Source of the DNA: Octopus sinensis
Lineage: Eukaryota
DNA length: 64,000 bases
Reading direction: 5' to 3'
Assembly: GCF_006345805.1 (NCBI RefSeq)
Contig: NW_021832829.1
Coordinates: 186,001 to 250,000, forward strand
How positions within the stretch are numbered: the stretch's first letter is position 1; each line of letters begins with the position of its first letter. Below are positions 23,317 through 34,724 of this stretch, piece by piece. A model generated the notes under the pieces. That model saw only the letters and a list, made by a program, of their open reading frames with translations. It had not been told where the DNA came from and did not search any database. A program made the translations under genes and the position numbers.

Positions 23317-23981
23317 TTGGTCATCATACAATTTGCTGTATTCAAATTCCTCCTTCCACTAAGATTGTCTATCATCCCTCAATCGGCAATTCAAGCTCGG
23401 CAGAACTTTCTTGACGGATGGACAGCCATGTGCCTCCTTAATTACAACTCACTTGAAAAGAAAAAGGCAGAGACTTGGGCTGATGGGTACGTATCAGATA
23501 GGGATGTTGATAAGCTTGCGGCCATTATAGACCAAACATTCAACAAGAATCCAGACCATCCAGATTTTGCTATAAGATTCACCACTCTCAACATTTGTCA
23601 CGGAGGGAACTATGTTATACGAGATTCATGATCTTGCAGCGATATTACAAGACGACCATGAATGCGGTTTTAGGTTGCATGGTCTACGAGTCCTGCCATG
23701 AGGAGATCTCACGATTTATCGACTATATCTGGAAGGTCAGGGGTAAGGAATCACTGATCGGTTATCAGAAACCGCTCCAAGCTGTTAGGAGCAGTGCTTT
23801 TTCTGGTAATCATTTGAAGCATGTTTACATGTATCTCACTACGTTGTGTGGTATAGTTGTCAACAACGCTTTCTTCAATGCCAAGAGCTTGTGCTCTGAT
23901 GGCAATGCGATTGTCAGCGCTATAGTCTTCTATCACTTGGCAAGGGGCGGATCAGTAGTTAAGTCTGCATTTGTTGTATAG
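23317..23981 (+). pseudogene. Endogenous viral element: rhabdovirus-like nucleoprotein (N) fragment with one frameshift (~23615)
   Basis: RQNFLDGWTAMC ~ VSV RKKLMDGLTNQC; KLAAIIDQTF.....H.....RFTTL ~ KIVAAVDMFF.....H.....RYGTI; EEISR ~ rabies EEIRR; SAFSGNHLKHVY...NA ~ rabies SPYSSNAVGHVF...NA with identical spacing. Confidence 0.85.
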
Positions 23982-25309
23982 GCGTCAAAAATATTTCTGT
24001 ACCAGTCTCTTGTTCTTTACAAAAAAAATTGTGTTCTGTTATTTGTCATTTTATAATATTTATCTTGACAAAATAGATTTTGAAATAGAGTTGAAATATT
24101 TTTTTTTAATTTTTTTCCAAGTCCGAAGGTATAACCACCTAGGCTCGGTACACCCAAGCCCTGTGACATAATAATTTATAAAAATAATATAACAATAATT
24201 AAATTCGTGTTCAGGTTAAAAAAAGTCTAGAAAAAAAATATAACAATAATGATTAAAATTTGGTAGAAATTGATCATTTTAGATTTTAGGGCGCTAAAAT
24301 ACAAGATCGCCAAATCCGGGAACAAATAAATAAAAGTTTGCCATAAGAATATAAAGAATAGAATTTTCTATCAAAAAATAGGGTAAAATTTAATGAATAA
24401 AGATAAATGAGAAGATTTCAAATAAACGATATAAACAGATTGAAAGAATAAACTGACAAATATTACAAAATGATGAAATTTCAGATAATTTATTAATTAA
24501 AAGAAACTACATCGCAAAATATTCCTTCTAATCCAATTAAATAAAAAAATTAAGATTGACCAAATAATGTAACAGGACAACAAGGTATGACAAAAGAGTG
24601 CTCACACGTGCAACAATTTATTATGTTTTCTATTAATAATTGGTTAACTAAAAATTAAGATAATTTTAATTAAAACACAATTCTACCTAGTAGCTTATAA
24701 ACAGTTTAAATACCAGAGGGGATATCTCAATGATGGCAAATTGTGAAACAGACTTGCTAGCAGATTGTTTCCTTGGAAATTTTTCAGGATTCAGACGAGT
24801 TATTTTTGTTTTATATAGTTAAACAACATTATTCCGAATTTTTTCGAGTAATACAAAAAAGTATCATTCCGAAAATTTTGAAATTTCTGTGAAAAGAAAA
24901 AATATAAATGAACTGTTCGGAATTTTAGAATACTTGATTAAAAAACAAAATCTGTGAATCGAAAGACAAGTTTGTCTTAATAATTCATAATCTAAATTAA
25001 AATGGTTCTGTCAACCCTCTCTATAGTGAACAAAATGTTCACGTCAAAACATCATGTTCACTATTGTCTATAGTGAACAAAAAATAAAAAAAAGGAATCC
25101 AAATAACAATAAACAATAATTAAAGTATAATTACAACGATTATTTAGAGATTTTAATCACGTAATCGGTGATTTTTTGAGAATGATTAGTTTGATAATTA
25201 AAATTTTTTTTTGTATTTCGTATATTTTTCCTCTTTGTTCATAATCATTCTCAAGAAACAATAATTCAAGCGCCTTCGCATATTCACTAGCTTCATATAT
25301 TGTCGGAGT

Positions 25310-27529
25310 ATAAATTTTTTCATCTTAGTCTTCAACTCGATTTTGCTGTATTAGTTTTCTCAAATAGTTCTTTATAAAATGATCATTTTTAAGAATCAAC
25401 AGATTTTTTTGCGAGTCAACAGCTAATTTTTTTAAATAATCAGTTAATTTTTCTCTATATTTATATTTATTTTTAATTCCTAACGACACTTTCTTTCTGA
25501 ATTCATAAAAATCATGAAGAGAATCTGGAATCAAATCAAAGATGTTTGTCTCTAAGTTTTCCATCAAACTTAAAATTTGTGATATTAATGGTTCGCAGCT
25601 TATATTCTCATAAATATTTGGATCATTATCTTCTATTTATCAAAACATTCATCAATAACATTATTAAATATTTCTTCAGATGATTCATTTATGCAACTCG
25701 AGTCTGATGGAGATTGTCAAAAAACCTTTTGCCAGCAGTTATAAATAATATCCGCAGATACATTATTCCAAGCATCTGAGATTATTGTTACCACTTGCCG
25801 CAAATTTAATTTGGATAAAGACTCTATAAACAAATCCTGGTCGTCTTGAAAACATAAAAAATCAATTAGACAATTCAAATAATTATCTTTGAAATTTTTA
25901 ATGATTCCAGCATCCAATGGTTGAAGTATTGGTGTCATATTTTTTGGTAAAAATAAAAAATCAACGTTGCTAAATGTCGATATTTTGTGGCAAGCAGCGT
26001 TATCTAATAACATTAAGATTTTTCTTTTTTGAATAATCATTTTTTCATTATTTTTTTTGAGCCAGGATATAAAAATGTCTCTTGTCATCCACGCATTTTT
26101 GGACGAAGAGTATAAAATTCCATAAATTTCGGGAGAAAATTTTTTGAAACATCTAGGATTTCTATATTTTCCGATTATTAATGGCTCAAATTTTTCTCCA
26201 GTGTAACTACAGCATAGATGAAGAGTAACTTTATCTTTACTTCTGTTAAAGCCCCGTGCCGAATCACCAGTTTTCACGAATGATTTACGTGGGGTAAGTT
26301 TGATAAAAAAAGAAGTTTCGTCACAATTAAAAATGTTCTCCTTTCCATATTGTTCAACTTTGATATTTAATTCTGATAAAAAATTCAAAATTATCGCATG
26401 ATCAGCAGATGCGGATTCACCTGACAATGTTCGGAATTTTAATTCATGCCGCTGCTTGAATTTTTCTAACCATCCATTTGAAGCTTTAAACTTGTTTAAG
26501 CCCATTCTCGAAGAAACAGTTAGGGAAATTTTTTTTAAAAGAGTTCCAGAAACTGGAACATTCTGATCCCTTAGACGCTGGAAAATATCAAGGACTTTTT
26601 CATCAAATCCGTTTTTATTTTCACTTAATGATGAGGAAAGAAATCCTTTTTTGATAAATGGAAAAATATTCTTTTTTATACGAAAAATAGTTCCCTTGCT
26701 AGTATTGTACATTATGGATAATCTCCTCTCAGAATGTTCTTTCTTTAAAAGATGATCAGCAATCTTCAACTTGGTTTCATAATTCAAAGGCATTACAGTC
26801 TAACCTCTTTTTAGGGCACCTAGTGCCCCAAAAACAGGGGTTTCCCCAGATAAAAGGGTTTTCTAATATTTACGAAAAAAACTAACGTTTTGTTAATTTA
26901 AAACCAAAAGATGTTTATTCTTAATTTCATTTAACAATTTTAGTCTTTACTTGTCGGGAAATGATCCGTTATTTTCGCTCCGAATTGGTACTTTTGAATT
27001 AATCGATCCATTGTAAAATTAATCGATCCAAAACGACCTTGTCGAGAAATGAATGTTTATCACTATTATCGGGTTCTCTGAAGCCCTCAGAACCTTCACA
27101 TCCATCAAAACAACAGAAACACGTTATTATTAGTTATGATAAAATAAAATTCAAAAATTATAACTAAAAAATATATATAATATTAAATGCCCCGTAACGG
27201 GGTTTATCTTATAAAGAATAAACAGAAAAACTCCTAATAAAAATTCAAATTGCCCCAAAACCCGAGGGTGCCCCACGTCCGGGGTCGCCCCAATAAGGGG
27301 TTGCACTGTACACAAGAAATTTGAAATGAAACGTGTCTTAAAATATTTATTTTTTAAATTGGTATAATTAATTTTATTTAATAAAAAATCAATACCCCAA
27401 ATAGAGATGTTAAAATTAATTGATTTTTTATAATTTGGTTAAAAAAATTTATAATGCCCCAAAACAGAGTTTTCCCCAAAAAAGAGGTGCCCCACCCCTG
27501 GAGGTGCGCCCCAATTAGAGGTCGGACTG
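25310..27529 (-). mobile_element. pogo/Tigger transposon (DD29D), with a nested MITE just upstream of the ATG
   Basis: ORF 26793->25717 with HTH, ASNGWLEKFKQRH, NCDETSFF, LLDNAACH, QPLDAGII; C-terminus shifts frame to 25325-25567; 5' TIR CAGTCCGACCTCTAATTGGGG|TA at 27529. Confidence 0.9.
26796..27308. mobile_element. pogo-type non-autonomous element or chimera
   Basis: TA|CAGTCTAACCTC...GGGGTTGCACTG|TA; imperfect TIRs with CCCC/GGGG subterminal motifs. Confidence 0.7.
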
Positions 27530-27711
27530 TACATCGCAAAATATTCCTTCTAATCCAATTAAATAAAAAAATAAAGATTGACCAAATAATGTAACAGGAC
27601 AACAAGGTATGACAAAAGAGTGCTCACACGTGCCACAATTTATTATGTTTTCTATTAATAATTGGGTAACTAAAAATTAAGATAATTTTAATTAAAACAC
27701 AATTCTACCTA

Positions 27712-27995
27712 GGCCGAGGAGCGAAAGATTCTCAAGTACGGCCACCTCTCCAACTCGCTGTTCTTTACTCCAATTGCCGTGGAGTCCTCCGGGATCTTCG
27801 GCCCCAAGACACTCCGCTTCCTTCGCTCGCTCGACGGATTTCAAGGACTAGTCACGATCCAAGAGAGTTTTCTTGGCTCCTGGAACGTCTGTCGATTGCT
27901 GTGATCCGAGGGAACGGCTTCGCCATTCGCGAGGCTGGCCGGGTGTCTCGTGAGGCCTTTAATTAACTTAGCTATCTTTAATTTCTTTCTTGTTT
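27712..27995 (+). mobile_element. 5'-truncated CRE-like copy with A-rich tail
   Basis: Near-identical to the reverse complement of 3597-3858. Confidence 0.88.
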
Positions 27996-28131
27996 AAAAA
28001 AAAAATTAACAATTAAAAAAATTTCGCTGTATCTTTAATTTCGCTCTAGTTGCGGGGCTTCCGTTGACGAATTCGGACGGCATGCTCTCTCATGCAGACG
28101 CAGTGCAGGCCGGTTTCCAAGACATCATGCA

Positions 28132-29097
28132 ATGAACCTAATTGTCAAGAACGCTTTGCATGCAGCTGGTTTCCCGGCAGAGCTGTCTCAATCGAATATG
28201 TTTGGCGAAGGCGGCCATAAACTTGTCTCAGTAGCTGAGAAGGCCTCAGTCTTGGTCCTTAAAGGAATCCCTCATTGGATCTCGACAGAGGATCTTAACC
28301 TCCACTTGAGAGAAAGTCTAGAATCGGACTTCAAGTTCGAAAGATTCTCTCGCAATGGAACCGACATGCCTGTCGGCAGACTCATGCTGGATTCCAGAGC
28401 CGAGGCCAACACCCTCATCAGCTTTGGAATAACTGCGGGCTTCAGCCATATCCGCTGCGAATGGCACAAGCCCTCAGCAACGAGATGCTTCCGTTGCAAT
28501 CAGTTTGGACATACGTCCTACAGATGCTCCGAAAAACTCCGTTGTCTCCTCTGCGGTAAAGAACACAGGCACCAAAACTGCCCGAGTTCCAAGCCGAAAC
28601 CGAGTGTCCCAGCTGCAAAAACTTGCATTAACTGCAAGAACACTGGGCACTTGGCGTGCTACGGTGGATGTCCGTCTGCCAAAGCAGCAACAGCAGCCTC
28701 AAGGGTTGCGAAGAGCCCACAGACTAAAAGCCCAGTACGCTGGGTAAAAGCCGAACCGATAAAATCAGTCTGGACAAAAGGGTCTCCCCCAAGTCCGTCC
28801 AAAGTCGATGTCTCTACTCAGACGTCGCCGGCCCACAGCACACTCACAAGCGCGGAGTCAAACACTAATGAGTGCCATAACTCAGAAGTGGTCCGCTCGG
28901 CTGTCCCTCATAAGAGGAGAAAAACCCACCGTGACAAAGCTTTGTCACAAAGAGGAGCCCACTCGGATCAGGAACTACTCAACAGAGATTCCCAACTGGA
29001 AGTCTTCCGCTGGTATGTAGGAGCCCTGACCAAACTTGGAGTGGACATGAATATGCTGCAAGAGCTCCTGCTAGAATGGAGCAATTCAGCAACATAG
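28132..29097 (+). CDS. ORF1 (gag-like) of a Jockey/I-group LINE
   Basis: Intact 321-aa frame with three knuckles: CFRCNQFGHTSYRC, CLLCGKEHRHQNC, CINCKNTGHLACYGGCP. Confidence 0.85.
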   Translation: MNLIVKNALHAAGFPAELSQSNMFGEGGHKLVSVAEKASVLVLKGIPHWISTEDLNLHLRESLESDFKFERFSRNGTDMPVGRLMLDSRAEANTLISFGITAGFSHIRCEWHKPSATRCFRCNQFGHTSYRCSEKLRCLLCGKEHRHQNCPSSKPKPSVPAAKTCINCKNTGHLACYGGCPSAKAATAASRVAKSPQTKSPVRWVKAEPIKSVWTKGSPPSPSKVDVSTQTSPAHSTLTSAESNTNECHNSEVVRSAVPHKRRKTHRDKALSQRGAHSDQELLNRDSQLEVFRWYVGALTKLGVDMNMLQELLLEWSNSAT

Positions 29098-29326
29098 CCA
29101 CTATTAACTCTGGCTCACGACAGATGAATTGGACGCAAGCTCAGAAGAGTTCAGTTGCCTTGGCATCAGTCTCGTACTATCACCGTCCTTAATTCCTGTC
29201 ACTTTCTCTTTCTCGGTTAATTACAATAAACTAAATTCATTCATTCATAATGTTGTTTAAAAATTCGGAATAATATAAAACAAAAATAACTCGTCTGAAT
29301 CGGTTCTGTCTGAAATAAAAAAAAAT

Positions 29327-29464
29327 ATGGCTAGAACTAAACAAACTGCTCGAAAATCTACTGGAGCAAAATTTCCAAGGAAACAATCTGCTCGCAAGTC
29401 TGTTTCACAATTTGCCATCATTGAGATATCCCCTCTGGTATTTAAATTGTTTATAAGCTACTAG
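29327..29464 (+). CDS. 45-aa micro-ORF beginning with a histone H3 N-terminal tail
   Basis: MARTKQTARKSTGAKFPRKQSARKSVSQFAIIEISPLVFKLFISY*; no histone fold follows; expression unproven. Confidence 0.6.
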   Translation: MARTKQTARKSTGAKFPRKQSARKSVSQFAIIEISPLVFKLFISY

Positions 29465-31039
29465 GTAGAATTTTGTTTTAATTAAAATTATCTTAATTTT
29501 TAGTTACCCAATTATTAATAGAAAACATAATAAATTGTTGCACGTGTGAGCACTCTTTTGTCATACCTTGTTGTCCTGTTACATTATTTGGTCATTCTTT
29601 ATTTTTTTATTTAATTGGATTAGAAGGAATATTTTGCGATGTAGTTTCTTTTAATTAATAAATTATCTGAAATTTCATCATTTTGTAATATTTGTCAGTT
29701 TATTCTTTCAATCTGTTTATATCGCTTATTTGAAATCTTCTCATTTATCTTTATTCATTGAATTTTACCTTATTTTTTGATAGAAAGTTCTATTCCTTAT
29801 ATTCTTATGGCAAACTTTTATTTATTTGTTCCCGGATTTGGCGATCTTGTATTTTAGCTCCCTAAAATCTAAAATGATCAATTTCTACCAAATTTTAATC
29901 ATTATTGTTATATTTTTTTTCTAGACTTTTTTTTTAAACTGAACACGAATTTAATTATTGTTATATTATTTTTATAAATTATTATGTCACAGGCCTTGGG
30001 TGTATCGAACTGATTTAGCCTGCAGAGCACACGAGGTTAAAAAAATAAAATCTGAACAAGTTTTAAAAATTTACCAATCTAATCTATTGTTTCGTATATA
30101 ATCGACTAATAAGTATAGATCACGCGCAGCTCTTATTCGTGATTGCGAGTCATAATTTTCGAAGTCGAAGTCCAGAATGATTCTGGCCGTTTCTTTCAAT
30201 GACTTCTTTTCGCTGCCAGATTTTTGCTTCATTTCAACGAGTTCTGGACACAAATATGTGTCGAAACAGTCAAAATAATTAATGTTAAATTCTATGCAAG
30301 CGAAAAACTGGCTAAGGTCGTCGCCAATTATGAGTGTGTCCTATATCTATAGACCAAACATATTATTACTTTCAGTATATCGAATATAATTCCTCTCGCT
30401 TTACGGAATGGGATTTATAAACAAAATATTAAAACAGCAATACATTTGAAATTATTTTAAGCACAATGATTAGGCCTTGTTTATCACTTGGTAATTTTCT
30501 AATTCCTCCTTTGTCATCTCTCTCGATCGACCGTGGAGGTCGACAACAAAATTGGTATAGAAAGTGTGATCATTGAGGTAATGCTCGAACCTCTCATAAT
30601 AACTATTGAATACTGGAGTGATCTAGTAAATATAAACGTTCAGATAAAATTACTTGAAAAATTTTTTAAATTCAGGATGGTCAATGAAGTGGCGATAATC
30701 AGAATCATATGGATTTATATACCATAATGACCCGTATTTAAAATCAAGGAAAAGATTAAAATCTTTTAAGTTTTCTTTATTTGTTGCATAAGCAGAAGAA
30801 GATAAAACATCTTGGATTTATGTTTGGGGTCATTTGATATTGCCGAATTGTGCGATATGGTCGATTTTTATTTTTACGATTAGGTTTTTTCGAGTGTTGA
30901 TTTTGATGCTCAAGTTGATGGAATTATGGACGATTTGAGAGTTAGGACTAAGCGAAATATTATTTATGTAACTTGTTTTTATTAGTTTTTGAATTTCAGA
31001 TTTACTGTTAAAAATATATTTATGTAGTTTTTTGATATG

Positions 31040-31385
31040 TTTTTACATACGGTGCCCGACAAAGGTTGTGTGCAATATGGTCAACATAGAGAGCAATGGG
31101 CCCAGTGAGTCACTCTGTTGAATACGCATTCAGAAATGATAATTTTGTTATGGATAAAATGGCAGCTTGGGCTGAGTGCAAATGTGGTTGTTTATCTATT
31201 TAGACATGGACTGATTTTTGCATTGGACGGATTGGACTGATTCGAGGGTCTTGGGGCAAAGGGAAACTGTTCATAACCAAATTGAAAAGAAGTGGACTGA
31301 GGCAGGATCCCTGCGTAACCCCTCTTCGGAGTGAATATATCTCTTGAGCGGAAACCAGAATATCTATCTTGAAATATCTCTTGAG
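31040..31385 (-). mobile_element. Degenerate non-LTR reverse transcriptase fragment
   Basis: RRGVTQGSCLSPLLFNLVMN motif. Confidence 0.7.
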
Positions 31386-31592
31386 GGAAACAACAGTAAA
31401 GGTGATTACTTTAATGCCTTTCGACCATACTAAAAATGAGAGTGAGAAAAGCCAACTTACTTTAAAGGAAATAGTAAGGATACATAGCATTTCAAAAACT
31501 GCAAAGCTTCACAAGCCCCTCAAGACTTCATTCACAAACCACCATACTAGAACCACACCTGCAGATGTGGTCAAGGGAGAGGATGATACATA

Positions 31593-34500
31593 CAGTGGGG
31601 CAAAAAGTCATGGCACCTTTGCAAATTTTGACTAAATTTAACAATTCTTTGCAAAAAAAATTATTAAATACATTACTTTAAAAAATAAATTAGTAATATA
31701 GAACTTTTTAGATAAATTATTAAAAAAACTATCTTAAAGGGAATTATTAATAGTGCACTAATTAACGATTTATTTTTAAAAGTCAATTTTTTGAGGGAAA
31801 AAGTAATGGCACGAAATTCAATTAATATTTAGTTGCATTCTCTTTTGCTAGCAGAACTGCCTCCAATCGTTTTTTGTAAGAAAAAATTAGTTTTTGACAT
31901 TCTACTTTATAAATATTTTTCCATTCTTCGTAGCAAATTGTTTTTAATTCCTGGATATTTTTTGGTTTTCTTAAGCCAACTTTTATTTTTAATATTCTCC
32001 ATAAGTTTTCGATGGGATTCAGGTCTGGCGATTGACTTGGCCATTCCAAAACATTTATTTTGTTTTTTTCTAACCATTTAACGGTTACTTTTGACTTGCG
32101 CTTAGGATCGTTGTCATGCTGGAATGTCCAATGTTGTGTCAAATTTAAGTTCGCGACCGAAGGTAAAAGACATTTTTCCAAAATTTCGCAATATTTAAGA
32201 GAATTCATCATTCCATCAATTACAAATAGTTCACCAACACCTGTTGATGAAAAACAACCCCACAACATGATACTACCTCCCCTGTGCTTTACGGTAGGTA
32301 TGGTGCATTTTGGGATATACGCCTGATTTGATTTGCGCCAAATTGAAAGCGTGTAGTTCAGTCCGAAAAGTTGTATTTTTGATTCGTCCGACCACAAAAT
32401 ATTGTTTATGAATTCATTTTCTTTGTTCAAAAGATTTTTTGCATATTGGATTCGCGCTAAAAGGTGTATTTTCTTTAATAACGGAACTCGACGGGGCCTT
32501 CGCTTATTGATACCTTCTTTGCGTAGTGTAGAAGTGATTGTACGAAGGGACACTGACGTTCCTGTGATTTTTAAATTATCGGCCAATTCTTTTCGAGTTA
32601 TTTTTGGGTTTGAAGTAACTAATCTTTTCATTAATGAAGAAGAACGCAGAGATATCTTTTTTGGAGCACCCGATCTTGGTTTATTAATACAGTATAACCT
32701 CCATTTGGGGCATCAATTTTGAAAAATTGCCCCAAAAATAGAGGTTTCCCCAAAAATGGAGGTCTGAAATTTTCTTTATTTTTATAAAAATTTTAATAGT
32801 TTTAGCATATTTTTCATTAATTTATAAATAAATAAAGTATTTTTAAGAACATTTAAACATGTTTTCCACTAATTTTATTGATAATTAGAGTATTTTTCAA
32901 GTAGAAAAAAATTTTTATTCTATTACACGAAAATAATCTGTTATTTTGTTTCCTGTTGCAGATTTCTTCATATGTATGCCCAATATTTTTCTGAAATTGT
33001 AATAGTCTTTTAACGCATCGGGAAACAAACGGTGAATATTCTCTTCAAGGTTATTCATTGCTGTTATCGTGTCCAAGTGTGAACAGTTGCATTCAGTTTG
33101 GTCATATATTGACTCATCATTATTTTCTTCTTCATTTTCAGCAATTACGTCTGCAACTGTTTTTAGATGATGAATATGAAACTCCATGTTCTTCAGGGTT
33201 AAAGTTTTTCATACAACGTGGGGATTTATATTTTCCTACTAACAATGGCTTCAATTTTTCGCCACAAGCACTGACCGACAAAAGAATAGTGAATTTTTCT
33301 TTACTCCTTTTAATTCCGAAACAATCTTCATCCGAACTTACAAATGATTTTGAAGGTATCCTTTTAATATATAACCCAGTTTCGTCGCAATTAAAAATAT
33401 TTTGAAGACCATATTCTTTTACGTATTCATCATACTTGGAAAAAAACATATCAAGCGAAGAAACATCGGAAGAGTTTTTCTCTCCACTAATTGTCTTAAA
33501 TGACAACATATGTCTTTTCTTAAATTTTTCCAACGAGCCATTGGACCCTTTGAACGCCGAATAATTCAACATCCTTGCTACTTTGGAAGCAATATTTTTT
33601 AAAAGAGGACCGGACACAGGAATAAATTCTTCCCTTGTCTTGGTGAAAGCCTCAAAAACAATTTTATCCAATTTTTGGGATAAAGTATGAGGAGAGCGTT
33701 GAATATTTCTGGGAAAATCTGTTTGAACAGCCCCAGTATTAAAAAAATTGAGATAATTTTTTTTAATACGTGACACAGCGCCTAAAAACTTACATTAATA
33801 AAAAACCTTTACTAATTTTGTACTTATCTACAATATCTCGTTCAGTAAGATGTTTATTTTCACTTAATTCCTTGGCAATTTTGATCTTTAACTCAAGACT
33901 AAGCTTACGAGCCATAACAACAAGAATACAAAAATTACACGAGGCTTCCAAATGAAATTTTATATAATTAATTTTAATTTTAATAGCAAATATGTATATA
34001 AATTAAATATCCTGTGCCCCACTTAGAGGTTCCGGTAATTTCTAAATTTGGAAATTACCGCATAAAAATTATATCCTTTTCAAACTACCCCAAAAATAGA
34101 GGTTTCCCCAAAAATAGAGGTTTCCCCAAAAATAGAGGTTCCCCAAGCCAGAGGTCTGCCCCAAATGGAGGTTATACTGTAACAGTTCCGCGTTGCTTCC
34201 ATCGAGTAATAATATTTCGAACAGTACTTTTTGGTAATATCAACAATTTAGAAATCTCTCCATAACTTTTACCGTTTTGGTGGGCAGTTACAACTCGTTG
34301 TTTTAGGTCCAAAGAATGCTCTTTCCTCATCGACGAGATAATTTTAATAAAAGGCGAAAAATAAAAGTATATTTATACTAATCGGAATCTACTAATCAAT
34401 TATATTAATAGAACTAAGAATCAATTATTTCAAAGAAAAAACAAGGCACCAAAAGATAATCATTTGTATCTTATTGTCAAAAAAATCCATATTTTTTGAT

Positions 34501-34724
34501 AGTGTCATCACTTTTTTACACATCAAATTTGACGTTTTTCTAAATATGAAGCAAAAACAATTATATTTATTTGAAATTCATGAATATAATTAGCACGAAA
34601 TGGGTTCAAAAGAATGCAAGATTTTATTGTGTAGCATGATGAACTAAATCGAAAAAGTTATCATTGTAAAAATATATTGAATTAAAAAAAATGATAGGTG
34701 TGCCATGACTTATTTGCCCCACTG
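31593..34724 (-). mobile_element. Full-length Tc1 (DD34E) transposon interrupted by pogo
   Basis: TIRs CAGTGGGGCAAAAAGTCATGGCAC / GTGCCATGACTTATTTGCCCCACTG with TA TSD; ORF from ATG 34330 rejoins across the pogo (RGTV|INKPRSGAP); WSDESK, HDNDPK, 34 aa, NPIE. Confidence 0.93.
32690..34179 (-). mobile_element. pogo/Tigger element, internally deleted, with a 25-nt intron
   Basis: Perfect TIRs CAGTATAACCTCCATTTGGGGCA with TA TSD; tandem CCCCAAAAATAGAGGTTT subterminal repeats at ~34087-34145; NCDETGLY motif; ends KITDYF. Confidence 0.92.

Larger units (their letters stand above)
24151..30002. mobile_element. Putative foldback-like DNA element with ~700-bp inverted arms and TA flanks, or two inverted copies of one repeat
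   Basis: TA|CACCCAAGCCCTGTGACA...TGTCACAGGCCTTGGGTG|TA; 24151-~24840 is the reverse complement of ~29250-30002. Confidence 0.6.

Noticed and set aside
24030-24050. TTTACAAAAAAAA as a rhabdoviral gene-end signal after the EVE
   Set aside because: The N frame ends well short of the expected C-terminus and A-tracts are ubiquitous here.
24285-24480. Reading frame punctuated by TAA/TAG, suggesting a reassigned genetic code
   Set aside because: Host genes use CAA/CAG for Gln and end in TAA or TGA; this is AT-rich or decayed repeat sequence.
29420-29442. AGATATCCCCTCTGGT resembling H3 RYRPG
   Set aside because: Out of frame and wrongly spaced from ARKS; not enough to call a histone fold.
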